DNA from: Azolla caroliniana
Taxonomy: Eukaryota > Plantae > Polypodiophyta
NCBI GenBank assembly: GCA_043228905.1
Contig: JBHGNT010000003.1
Location: forward strand, 18,166,001-18,230,000
Reading direction: 5' to 3'
Length of the DNA: 64,000 nt
Part shown: piece after piece, positions 35,061 to 48,250 of the stretch
Layout of the letters: every line of letters starts with the position of its first letter
Numbering within the stretch: the first letter of the stretch is position 1
Made by a program: the position numbers and the translations under genes
Notes under the pieces: generated by a model
What the model saw: only the letters and a program-made list of their open reading frames with translations
What the model was told of the DNA's origin: nothing
Database searches by the model: none

Positions 35061-36787
35061 CTTTTCGTTTGTTTGCTTTTTGGAGGGTTACTAACCCATC
35101 AATCATCATCTATTTTTACTAGTCTTCTTTTTCTTCTTTTCTCTAGTCTTTTATTATTAGAATTTAGTAGTCATCCATCCGTTTAAACTAACAAGAAGGA
35201 GGACAAAACAGAAAGCTCATCTTGCATACATATTATAGGATGGCTCTTCTTCTTCTTCTTCTTTTGAGGTATGGTTTTGTTGTGACTTGTGCTGTATCCA
35301 AGCAACTGACTTGGGATGGATTGGATTGGATTGGATTTGATGGACGGATCTAAGCATAGTCCTTAAGACTTGTTTCCTGAGATTATTACTATTAATCAAC
35401 ACATGATCACCACGACGGAGAACATACAACACACACATATGCCCTCTCTTCATTTCATTCCATTCCATAGAAAGTATTGCATACCTATATGTGTACATAT
35501 ACATGCATGTAACATGTATATATGCACCCAAGACAAAGACAGATCCGCTAGCTTGTCTGATTTATGCCTTACTGAGAGAGAAAGAAAGATATATTAACAT
35601 CTTTTTAAGACACCGAAAATGTCATCTCTAAGAGCGAACAATAGATTACATCTTATGTGTTGTCTAGTCTTTGAGAAAGAAAGAAAGAAAGAAAGAAGCC
35701 CTCGGTTCTTAACAACAACAAAAAACACTCTTCACCTAGCCTCTCGCCTCTCGCATAAAACCCACCCTTTGATAACGATGGTGCCAACTAACAGGACCTA
35801 ATATTTTTCCTCACACTCTAGGGTCCCATAAGGCCACATATATTTTGCTTAATGAGGGTGCTACACCCAATATATTTATTTATAATGTTTCCTCACACTC
35901 ACTCCCCCTCCCCCTTATAATGCTCTATGTGTCTCTCTATCGGGCAATGTTTCACTTTGGTTGGTCCCATAGTGTATTTGACCTTCAAAAGAACGATAAC
36001 GAAAATCTATGTATCTTAGATGAGACAAAAAACACTAAATAAATAATATTGGTGTTGAGCATGGTAGGCCAATTTTGATCTCTTTGAGGACGTTGATCTA
36101 TATTTCCTTCGTTCTCAAGTACGTTCACATGTAACAAAAAGCTGCATGTTGCTTTCTCTTTCTTGCCTTTTACATCATGCGCTCAGATCATCAACCACCG
36201 TAGGAGAACGTGGCTTGGATACATCAATAATGAGAATCAGCACCCTTTAAGGGTTTGTACTAAATAATTGAGCCTATTCCAAAACATGTTATGAAACAAC
36301 TTCAAGAGACTTTGTAACTCGTGTTAAAAGGCCAACATGAATCGAGCATCAAGCTTTGCACATCAGTTCCAAGGTAAATGTACAATTACGAAATAACAAA
36401 TGCTAGTTCGTGCCAAGCATACGTAAGTGCTTACTACATGCATACATACACATACATACATACATACATACATACATATGTGTATGTATAAAATATATGT
36501 GCTAGTTTTTCTACGTTAGCCAATGTTAATAATAAATATTGCCTCTTGAATTTCGAGAAGAATAAAAACGTGGTGGGTGAGACTTTACACAAAAACATTG
36601 AATTTCAAACTTTTGGGGGTGACTACATTAAGCTAGGGGATCTTGAGGCTGGACAAAACGTTAGACTCGCTTTAAGAACACACCATGTTTAGCACCATCA
36701 CGAGTACATCCAACCAAAATTGGCTAGGTCACATTCTCTAATTTAAACCAATAAATAGCACATAAAAGCATTGATTAAGAATGGCAT

Positions 36788-36872
36788 CTAGAGATGTCAA
36801 TGACAACACAAGCATACACGAAAGAAAGAAATAGCTCTTGTCTTTGCTTTGTGTTGTCATTGACATTTCTAG
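36788..36872. repeat. Short hairpin (~28-bp stem, ~30-nt loop)
   Basis: CTAGAGATGTCAATGACAACACAAGCA versus TGCTTTGTGTTGTCATTGACATTTCTAG. Confidence 0.8.
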
Positions 36873-38349
36873 GTGATCTTAGATTCACATAAAAAAATGA
36901 TCACATGTAAAATCTCAAAGATTTCTCGATATCTTGAGATTATAAACAAACCACGTGTTTCATATCTCTCATCGACACATGTTATTTCTCCATATACATA
37001 TGAACAATCAATTATGATAACAAGGCAAGTCCTTTTCTCTATCTACGTGTCCTATGGATCATCAATTTTGACAAAAGGGAATCAAGGTTAAGTTACCCTC
37101 TTTTATCTCTTTACACATGAACAACCAATTATGAGACAAGGAGAGGGGGCTCAGGTTTAAGTTTAAATATAAGAAGAGAGTTCACCTAATTGGTAGCTCA
37201 ATTGGTAAGGCTGTCCAACAAAGATGTGAAGGTTATATTTTTAACTCCCTACATTCTACAATGGCTCCTTGTCTCCATATAGTGGGAATGAGGTCGGAGG
37301 TGAGAGTTACCATAAATTTGGTGTATCCAATTAGGATACAAGGTCAATATACATATGGTTTACCATTTGTGTATACGACTAATATAGAAGAAATATATAC
37401 ATATATGAGGACAAAGACTATGGTTTTAGTTGGCCTCTTGGAAAACTAAAATATCTATAATCGTCTGAAGGTTAGCAAGCACAATGTGCATTTGCTAATG
37501 CTCACATAGTTTCATTTAGATTAACTAAATGGATACATACATACATGCATGCATGCATAGACGCATATACATATAAGTTTATCTATCACACATGAAAATC
37601 TCTTGATTTAATATATTTATAATTTAGTTTAAACATAGATCATGCTTATATTAAATATGGAACTAATAAACATTGGACCACCAAAACCAGGTCACCATCA
37701 AGTTTCAATCAATTACATGTTGGATAGAGAACAAGAACCTAACAACTAAAACTGTGCTTCAATCTTATTCTCGTCAAAGCAGGCAAGACCTACTCAATGA
37801 GCATAGCCATCATCCATTGTGTGAGTTGCAATCATTGGATGCCAATTATATGGTTGCAAAGGGACTGATATTAAGCACAACTAACAAATGAGATAAACTA
37901 GGGGAATCAATATTCTTGATGTCAAAGATATGTATAGAAAGTGCCCGAGACAAAATTTGACTTATTTATGGGGGTTTCTTATTTATAGTAGCCCAACTAT
38001 ATTTGACAAACATGGTAAAACTATTATATGGAAACACCCTAGACAATGTGGATGGAGGAGATTGTTATAACAAATAAATATGTCGACTCTTTATTAGTAT
38101 TCTCATAGCTACCCAACTATATTCAAGAAACATGTTAGTTGTTACTTGGAAACACCCTAGACGAGGTGGATGTGAGGAGGGTGTTGCAAACTGAGAGAAA
38201 TCTAGTTGATGGATTAAAGCTTAAGCCTCTCTCTCTCTCTCTCCATAAATGTATGTTTGTTATTAAAACAAGATGATAATACAACCTTAGTTAGTTATCT
38301 CCACTGCATTAGTAGCAATATGGCAATGCCTCTCAAGTGTTATAATACT

Positions 38350-38664
38350 AGATGACATAAATTTACCTCATCTTGGGACAACCGTACATATTGATACATG
38401 TTAGAGCCCATTTTGTTGTTTGCCATTTGAACCATTGCTTTCATGCAACTTAGCTCACATGGATTGCGATTTGAGAGGGGGTGTTGAGGCATAAGTGATG
38501 AGAGTGGTTAACTATGCATTCTTTGCCCTAAACAAGTTCAAGAGAGTCTGAGTATCACATGTTGATACAATGCTCTACCTTTGATCATATTTGATAATGC
38601 TTTTCACACATCTTCGACCAAATCTAAACTTACACAAAATGTTCCTCACAACCACAATGTGCAC
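38350..38664 (+). mobile_element. Old Copia 3' end (RH remnant, PPT, LTR start 38482), split by the Gypsy insertion; LTR resumes at ~45248-45365
   Basis: GAGAGGGGG PPT followed by TGTTGAGG; CCTCCAAC near 45364 as the matching end. Confidence 0.55.
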
Positions 38665-41600
38665 TGTTAGAGACATGTACTAATGTAAGCATTAGATAAG
38701 GATAGAATATAGATAGATAGGTAGATAGAAAGGAGAGAGAGAAAGAAGGGTGTCTCAATCCCGAGGATTAAAAGTAATCCTCCCCTTCTTTACACTCTCG
38801 TTTAACCCTCACACTTATCCACGTGTATAGAATACTACGGTAAATTCTCACCACAAGATATTATATGGTCATGCCCGTAACATACTCCCCCCTCTTTAAA
38901 ACATTGCACTCTTGCAATGGAAAGTTAGGGAAGTTAGTTCTGAGAGTATTTTCGTGTTCCCATGTGGCATCTTTTATTGATTTATCCATCCATTTTATTT
39001 AAAATCCTCGGATTTCGTTAGTATGTAATTTTTTTGTTTTAACATCGAGAATTCTTTCTGGTACATGTGGTTTAGAAGATAATTCTTCAGAAGTAACCAG
39101 AGTTTCAGTTGTATCTATATTGTCGCCAGAACCTAGAAGTTCTTTTAAATGACTCACATGAAAAACTGGATGAATTTCAACACCATCGGGAAGAGCGAGA
39201 CGGTAGGTTGATGACCCAATGTGTTTGAGGACTGTAAAAGGTCCACAAAACCCTGGGGCTAACTTAGCGCACTTACCCTTAGACAATGTCTTAGAATTGT
39301 GAGGTACACGTAAAAATACCTTCTGTCTAGGGTTGAATACACGAGGTTGCCTATGATGATCGGCATAAAAACGCGCTCTATCTTGAGCTATTTTTATATT
39401 ATCTCGTGCAATATGCAACATATCTTGCATATCCTAAAGAAAGTTTTGTGTACTTCGCAACTCATCATGATGTATATTAACATCAATCGGGGCTCGTGGC
39501 TGAAAACCATACATCAACATAAAAGGACTATATCCCGTCAACGTATGCTTGGAGCTGTTATAAGCAAACTCCAAAATTGGGAGATAACGTTCCCATTTTG
39601 TTGGTTTTGCACCAACGTATGCGCGAAGCATGTCCTCAATAATTTGATTTACTCATTCTGTTTGTCCATCAGATTGAGGATGATCCGTGGAACTCATGCT
39701 CAACGTAGTTTCTAACTTCTTAAAGACTTGCGTCCAGAAGTCACTAGTAAACTTTGGATCTCGATCACTCACGACATCCATCGGTAACCCATAAAAACGA
39801 AATAACTCGTCAACGAATTGGTAAGCCAATTCAGGAGCTGTTACCGTGGTTTTAGTAGCAATAAATCTGGCCATTTTAGTTAGTCTATCAACCACAACCC
39901 AGATGGCATCATGGCCTTTTTGGGTGCAAGGAAGGCTAACAATAAAATCCATGGATATACTTTCCCACTTATTATTGGGAATGTCCAAGGGATGTAAAAG
40001 TCTTGTGGCTTTAAGTCGCTCGGCTTTGTTAACCTGACATTGGTGACATTTAGTCACATAGCTATGTATGTCAGGACGCATCTTAGGCCAATAAAATTGA
40101 GTGGAGATGAGAACAAGTGTACGATGTATTCCAGGGTGCCCTGCTGAGGGTGCATGATGGCATTCAAAAAGAATTCTCTTTTTGACCTCAAGAAAATCTG
40201 GAACACAAACCTTCCCATTACACTAGAGTAGACCGTTAGCAATGTGGAAGTATTCCTTCGAGGATGTGGTGGTGTCTGTTCCAGACTCAACTCTTGCTCA
40301 GTATTTTGCAAAAGAACTGTCATCAGGATACTTTCCTCGAAGGTGATCATAAAGATCTGATGATATTTCTGTGAAGCTAAGCATGTTAACTTCACGGATG
40401 CGACTTAGTGCATCAGTGACAGTGTTCATGGAACCTTTACGATATTGTATGGAAAAATCAAAGTCCTGGATGAGATCATCCCATCGTGCCTTACGACCTT
40501 TCAGGTCTTGTTGTTCACAAAAATATTTCAAGGACTCATGGTCCGTAGTTACCACAAAGCGATTTCCGTAAAGATAATGGCGCCATGTTTTGAGCGCATG
40601 TATAACTGCAAATAATTCCTTTTCTTGAATGGTATACCGACATTGACCAGAATCAAGTTCCTTACTCTCGAATGCTATTGGTTTACCATCTTGATATAAG
40701 ACAACACCTATAGCATAATCGCTTGCATCGGTTTCAACCTCAAAAGGTTTTGAAGGATCAGGTAAAAGAAGTGAAGGAGCCTTGCATACTAGGTCCTTGA
40801 GTTCCTTAAAGGCGAGGTCTAGTGTAGCATTCCAGACAATAGGTTTTGTAAACTTACGCGTTTGACCTTTTAGAAAATCAATAAACAACGTCGTCAATTG
40901 GGAGTAATTATGAAGGGATTTTCGCAAAAACCCGACAAAACCGAGGAATGATCGAACTTCTCGAATATTCCGAAGTGTGGGCCAAAGCTTGATTTTCTCG
41001 ATGCGAGAAGGATCAATTTCAACTCCTCATTCGGTTAGGAGATGTCCAAGATAAGTAATTGATTTCTTAAAGAACTCACATTTTGAGATCTTCGCATAAA
41101 ACTGTTTGTCACGCAATGTTTGGAAAACAAAGCGGACATGTTTAGCATGTTCTTGTAATGTACGACTATAAACTAAAATATCATCGAAGAAAATAATGAC
41201 AAATTTTCCAAGTTGTTCTCAGAAAATGTCATTCATTTCTTGTTGAAATGTAGCAAGAGCATTGGTCAAACCAAAAGGCATAACCAAAAACTTATAATGG
41301 CCATAGCGCGTACGAAATGCCGTTTTAGGAACATCGTCCTCACTTATACGAATTTGATGGTAGCCAGTACGGAGATCAAGTTTCGTAAAATACCGAGCTC
41401 CTTGGAGACGGTCAATTAGATCGTTAACCCGGGGCAATGGATACGAATTCTTGATCGTCACTTTATTCAAGCATCGGTAATTAATACACATACGCCATGT
41501 ACCCTCGTTCTTTTTAACCAAGAGAACTGATTTACTATAACGTATATAACCCATTCGTAAATAGTCCTTGAGTTGCTTAGATACCTCATCCTCTTCGGAT

Positions 41601-44600
41601 CGACTTAAGCGATAAGGAGGTATACTTATTGGTGCAACACTAGGTACAATATCTATACGATGGTCTATATTACGTTTAGGAGGTAACCCATTTGGTAGTT
41701 CACTCGGAAAAACATCACGTAAATCATTTAAGATTTCATCAAGTTGTTGTTCAAAATATGTTAATTGAACCGAGACATTATCGATATTGTAAACGTGAAT
41801 GTCTGGATCAAGTACACAATAAAATAGAGTAGAACAAGACAACTCGGATATTGATGGAGAGGAAACAATCGAGAGGGATTGTTTTTTTACACATTGAATA
41901 AAATGAGTACAATCGTTCAGTACAAAAGTTATTGAATGATGAACCCAATTGATAGATAAAGAAGAGTTTTATTATAGAACCAGGGATAACCCAATATTAC
42001 ATCAGTGGTACAAAGATTCATTGCATGGAAGTCTACTTCCTCTATGTAAGTATCAATAGAAATTCCTAATGAATGAATCGCCCCGTTGATGTATTGTACT
42101 CTTCCATCAGCCAAGTGCACCGTATAGGTGTGATCACTTACGGTGGGTTGGATTCCCCATATCTGAATCAAATGATCATTCACAAAGTTATGTGAGCTTC
42201 TCGAATCAAACAAAAATTGTACGGGAGATCCATTGATATACCCGTTTGCAGAATACGTAAAAAGGATGTTGTCGCTTACAATCGAGATCCATGAATTCAT
42301 TGGGTGTCTTGCGTTTCCCCATGAATTGTGACTACTTAGTCCCGGGCGCTTCGTTGGGTTTGTTGTGGTCCTTCTTCGAAGTGCGTTGATAGCAAAGAAC
42401 TATTTCAACGGCCTCTTCGAAGGATTTTGGATCCTTATTGTGCACTATCTAGTGATAGTCCGAATTGGGGATGCCATTGACAAAATAAGCTATTAACCAA
42501 TTGTCCCCTTCTAGAGTCGATTTTTGGATTTGGGTTCTAGCATGGTGAACATAGTCTTCTAGCGAGGAAAACTTCCTACTAGAGAGGTTCATTAAAGCTT
42601 GTGTTGCCTCGGTTCGAGAGGGAGGTTGCAAAAATTGGCCCTTGAAAATTGTGACAAAATTTGTCCAGGTATCAGGCAATTTCCCCAAAGTCTGGAGCCC
42701 ACACCACCAGGCGGCGGCCTTACCCACTAGTTCTCGGCCGACATATGCAATCTTCGTACTATCTGGCGTGGGATAGAGCTCAAAATGAGACTCCCATCGG
42801 CCCAACCACGTGTAGATTGCTTCTTCGGTTCTTTCCTTTTTTTCTCCCATAAATGGCTTAACGACAAACGATGGTTCACCCTGTCGCTCATCAAGTCTAT
42901 TAGTCTCACGTTGTAGACTAATGACACGTGCCTCGAGAGCACTTTGAGATTGCCGAAGTTCGGTCATTTGTTGAGCGGTGAAACTAAGGTATTGGGTTAT
43001 TTGCGAAAAATACATCTCAATGGACATTTGTCCAGGAGGATTCCCTTGAGTTCCTTCCGCTTGAGCGGATGACATCGGGTCGTTATTTTGAGCCATTAAA
43101 TGATTATTTCTGGAAAAGAAATAGGATAAGGTCAGAGAGATAATCATAACATCATGTCGTGATGTAAACATATTATGGGTGAGCATTAATCGATATCATT
43201 ATCTCACGTCAATACCCCTCTAGACGTATGAGATGAGGTTCGAGATTAGGTTACTATGGTAACACAAAGGTGTTTTAAAAACCATGGGGGTGACAAATAA
43301 ATGTCTTTCCCTGATCTCTATATTGATTTTTTCATGGTGGTTCCCCAAGGCTCAATCATGTATGTTCGCGTCATGAATAGTTTATACACGAAAAAAAATG
43401 TTAACAATAAACTATGTTTCTGTGCCCACATATGTGGTTTCGGCTCTTTAAGTCCTATTATGAGGACCCCGAAGTGCACTTAGACCTCAAGTCTAAACAT
43501 GTGTAATAGTGATATGTATCAATGATGTTGTATGGTCTTGGTCATATTTGAACTCGAGACCTCGAGAACAAATGCATTAAACACTTGAGCTAACCAAGTA
43601 GGTTGCTCTTCTTGAATGTTTAATGCTTCATGCGTATAAGAGATATGCGAAGCATTTGCCCATATATGTTTTTTAAAAGAAACATATGTGTCAAGAGTCC
43701 TTATTTCCCCCTCATTTACTACAAAATATGTTGGTACGTTACCTAACCTCAAGTCTTGTAATTACGATGGCATACGCCAAAGTGCAACCTAATGGTCAAG
43801 CCAAATGAGCCCCTTTTTTGTAGTAGGCCCATGTGGCCCATCACATGGTTACGTCATTACGAATGCCTTTCGTAAGAATGATCTCATGGTGGCATCGTAT
43901 CCATGTAACGAGGGAGGGATGTTGGATATGTGTGTCATAGGAGCGACCTCACATGAAGTGGGTCAAGCCCTACGTTCTCAACATCATTGTGGCTATAGGC
44001 ATTTCTTTACGTAATAAAATCGAAGTCACCAACAGGAATGTCAACAATAAAAAATTGTTGAAAAAAGGGATGGTGACAACACCATTCTCACAAAAATGTG
44101 AGGATGACCACCAAGATCCTTTCCCCGAAAAGGAAAACATTCGATATAAAGATCACATAATCTCAAATATACACATATGTTTATTTATCACATATATACG
44201 ATCAAATACGTATACACGTGACCACATATGCGTATATTAAAAAAAATCGTAATATCAAATAGCCAACATATGATGAAATCGAGACATGTAATCGAGGCAT
44301 GTAGCCTCTATGCACATGAAACATCCAAAAATAACGGTTAATCGTAATACGCAATTGAGGTATTGACCTCATACGCATACGACACCAAACACATATCATT
44401 TACAACGAAATCGAGGTATTGACCTCATACGCATACGTAACATATGCATGTGAGCATAATACGTAATTGAGATATTAACCTCGTACGTATATGACACTAA
44501 TCACATATTAAATATATGTCAAATGAGGTATTGACCTCATACACATATGTAAACGTTTTATACAACCAATTCATTACCACTACAACATCATTGAATTAAT

Positions 44601-45242
44601 GATCTATACACATGATTAGATGGGAGAAGAAAATATAGAAAATAAAATAAGGAAAGAGTTACCGAAGTTCCTTTGTTGATCGTTGTCTGGATCAAGGCCG
44701 ACCGCACATCGATCGATGACCATCAATCAACAAAACAAAAGACAACAAAAGAAACATTAGCACATTAGCTGGGATACCAACTGTTAGAGACATGTACTAA
44801 TGTAAGCATTAGATAAGGATAGAATATAGATAGATAGATAGATAGAAAGGAGAGAGAGAAAGAAGGGTGCTGATCCACTCGACCAACCCCGAGCGAAGGG
44901 ATCGAGACGGACTTGAGCCTCGATCGTCGTCCCATACCACCGTCGTGGCGTCGAGTCGTACCTGGTGTTGGCGCGCTCACTACAAGAGTTGACCCACTAC
45001 AAGACGGAGTCTCGATGTAGTCAACAAGATGACCAAATGAGGGTTGCTAGGCCTCTTATTTATAGTGATACCCAAGGCCCCCAGGCAAGTTCACACTTGG
45101 CCTAATGGGTTGTCTCAATCCCGAGGATTAAAAGTAATCCTCCCCTTCTTTACACTCTCGTTTAACCCTCACACTTATCCACGTGTATAGAATACTACGG
45201 TAAATTCTCACCACGGGTTATTATATGGTCATGCTCGTAACA
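38665..45242 (-). mobile_element. Full-length Ty3/Gypsy chromovirus (5' LTR 44782-45242, 3' LTR 38665-38882, TSD TGCAC), ORFs disrupted
   Basis: Matching LTR termini, 5-bp TSD TGCAC at 38660-38664 and 45243-45247, PPT at ~38883-38895. Order gag (42449-43096), PR (LFDSRSSHNF), RT (KTAFRT, MPFGL, FFDD), RH (ETDASDYAIG), IN (ISMDFI, SDRDPKF, GPF), chromodomain (PERILD...KW...ATWE). Confidence 0.96.
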
Positions 45243-45399
45243 TGCACTCTCGATCGCAATGTTCATTTATAAAGTTCTTGAACATTGAGAATCGCTACTC
45301 ACTTTCACATGTATTACATGAAATATAATATTTTTGGTTTCATAGGCCTTGTTTGACCTCCAACGACAATAACTTAGAATCTATTTATCTCTCACTATA

Positions 45400-46355
45400 A
45401 AAGCAAACAATTATCTTAGTTGAATGTAAAACCTGTTGTTACAAATTATTACTCTTCTCTACCTATGTAGGTAGAGGGGCATCATATAAAGCCAATAAAA
45501 AACTCGAATGTACATTTCAGGAAATAATCCCCACATGCACCAACATCCAAAAATTCCACATTAGAATAACTTTCAACTTCTTAACACAAGCGTTCACCCC
45601 ATGCCTACCATCGAACATAAAAGAATTCTACATATTCAAAATGTGTTGCCATCCATAATATATAAAAACTAGAACAAGATCTTTAGGTCATTACTTGGAC
45701 CATTTTGAACATATTAAGCAAAAACTCATAGTTGACAAATCAAATAACAGGATAACACTTGCAAAATCTCTCGTAAGAATTTCCAAACATTATGGGTTGT
45801 AGAGCATTTAATGAACCTATGTGTACTATCTTCCAATCGAATGATGCAAAAGAAGCATGTACCTGACCCTAGTCCTTGTTTGCTTCAGGTTAAACCTAAT
45901 GGAAGCCCACCAATCATGACTCTCCATATGAATACATTTGCACAAAATGGAAAATGTGAACACCAATCATGTTGCAATATTTCCCACAACCTTGCATTTG
46001 ACTTATGTACATTCCATACATTTTTTGCTTTAGGTGATAGCCAAGACAATGATGTCGCTGCATGATGACTAAATATATATGTAGTGACATGTAACAAGTG
46101 TGTACCATCCTTTAATTACCAATCCACCCAAGGAGCACCATTTGCTCGCATTGGGAAATATCCATGCAACCATGGTAAATCGTCTTACCTAGCCATAAAA
46201 AATTGTTGAGCACATACAAAATGTTGAATCTTATGAGGAATGCATCCATCAAGCAATAATCACCACAATGTTGGGATCTTGGCTTTACCATGCACCAATC
46301 CTTGATTCTCAATAAATTATTGCAAAATAGATATCTATGGTTTATTGTTCGCGCG

Positions 46356-46406
<51 letters not shown>

Positions 46407-47400
46407 CTCATCCCTAATGATCTTGTGTTTAGTTTAAACCATAAACTCTTTAAGCCTTTAAGCCCTAAACTTTGTACTTAAGTATGGTGCAAATAATCAA
46501 GACCGAGACATTCTGGTATTTTCTTGCTTGTCAATTCTTTGTTTTTGAGTATTGAATAAATGTGGTTAAATCTCTCATGCCTTACATTGAGGGTTAATTA
46601 TGTGTTTGTACTTGAGAATAGTTGGAAAATATACTCTCTTGTCTCGTCAACAAGAGGGTTAACATTGAATGATCCTGCACAACAACCTCGTGGTGGTTCT
46701 CACACCTCATGAATAAGGAGTGAGCTTGATGAATCATAGAAAGTCACCATAGGTGAGCATCACAAGTTTGTCTATATCTCCAATGATATATGTTGAATGA
46801 TGTTCATTGTCAAGCATTGAACTCCATATCTTGAAGAGGCAAAAAAGTTAAAAGTAGTAGGAATTTATAATTTTTAAAATAGATACATTTACTCCATATC
46901 TACCATCTCACATGCTCCAATTATGCTGCAAGCCCGAATACCTTAAAAATTGGAACATGATTTCCATCTCATCCTTTGATAAGTTTTGCACATATTGGCT
47001 AAAGATCCATTGTCTAGGCATAAGATAAGAAGATGACAAAAGTTGCCATATTTATGAGAACTATTTCGAAAAATAGCATGTGCAACAATGGATTGAATGA
47101 GTCGATGTATACTATCTTCCAATAGAAGTTTAGAACCTAGGTTTGATCCTCACCATGGGCTAAGCCCATTGCATAGATCACAATCCATCTCCCGTCTCAT
47201 ATATAGTTTACTTAAAAACGAAAGCCTTAAGTACTCTACCTTACGAGTTTGGCCTCTTATGAAGTTTGTTAATTGGAATATGTTCCTTTACTTACATATG
47301 TTTCCGAAGTGTTAAACATATTTGAATGTGGATTAAATCTTTAAGTGAAGTCGACATGTTTTGATTAATTGTGAGCATAAAAAATATGAGACCTTAGTTT
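45400..47400 (-). mobile_element. Decayed Copia-like RT/RH remnants with (CA)n microsatellite at ~46359-46404
   Basis: Two related remnants ending TACTATCTTCCAAT (~45830, ~47115); no intact ORF. Confidence 0.45.
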
Positions 47401-47464
47401 GACCTCACCTAATGATCTTGACATGGAGACAAGACTCTCTTGACAAAGAGGTGTGATTAGGAAT

Positions 47465-47812
47465 AAACCAAACCACAAAACCGTTAAACCAAACCATTTA
47501 AAAAATTTCAAACTGTTAAGCCATTAAACCAGTAAAACCGTGGTTTTGTGGTTCAGTTTCGGTTTTCAGCTTAGGTCAAATTTTAAAATTTAAAATTTAA
47601 AGATTTTCCTAAAATTGAGAATAAGGCATGAAAATGAAAAGACAGTTTAAAAACAATTGTTTTAATTTTTTACTTTTTTTTTTAATTAAAAAAAAAACAA
47701 AAAACCGTTAAACTGCGGTTTCTAACTGTTGAAACCGATCCGAACTGTTTAAATAGTTACGCCGTGGTTTCATGGTTTAGTTCAGTTCAAACCGAACCAA
47801 TGCCGATTGTTA
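47465..47812. mobile_element. Second, truncated copy of the 1623-2037 MITE family
   Basis: Shares GGTTTTCA.CTTAGGTCAAA...AAGATTTTCCTAAAAT..GAGAATAAGGC.TGAAAATGAAAAGA and the right TIR CGATTGTTA; left TIR missing. Confidence 0.8.
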
Positions 47813-48250
47813 ATATCAATCCAAATCATTGTCCCCCACTTATTTACACTAGAGCCATATACATCATGCAAGAGATGCAAAAACCTTTTCCAAATCAATT
47901 TAGCTTCCATACATGACCAGAATAGGTGATGAAGAGATGCCATCTCTAACCCGCAAAAATCACACATCTTATCCACATCCTTACAATACATCAAAGCCCC
48001 AACAGGAACCTCATAATGAACAATGAACAATCTAAATAAAATAATCTTCTTTGGAATTTACATGGCCCATAGCCATTTCCAAAATGTTGTCATGCGAGTA
48101 GGATCAACATCATAACTCAACCATGTCTTAGATGTTGTTGGCCAATGGGGCACCTTGCACTGTAACATCTCCCTTCCCAATCGAACTGAATATTGAAAAA
48201 ATAGAATCGGCCAAACATCTTCCATAAAATATATGACTATTGATTAAGAC
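47813..48250 (-). mobile_element. LINE ORF2 3' remnant (zf-RVT)
   Basis: CDFCG...SLHHLFWSCMEAKLIW. Confidence 0.7.

Noticed and set aside
37185-37260. tRNA-like A-box TAGCTCAATTGGTAAG
   Set aside because: No B-box or cloverleaf; at most a decayed SINE head.
37985-38180. Diverged ~120-bp direct repeat
   Set aside because: Ordinary old local duplication with no further structure.
44270-44550. Spaced repeats superficially like a CRISPR array (also 18125-18310 and 51430-51670)
   Set aside because: Eukaryotic TE-internal repeats with degenerate units, related spacers and no cas genes.
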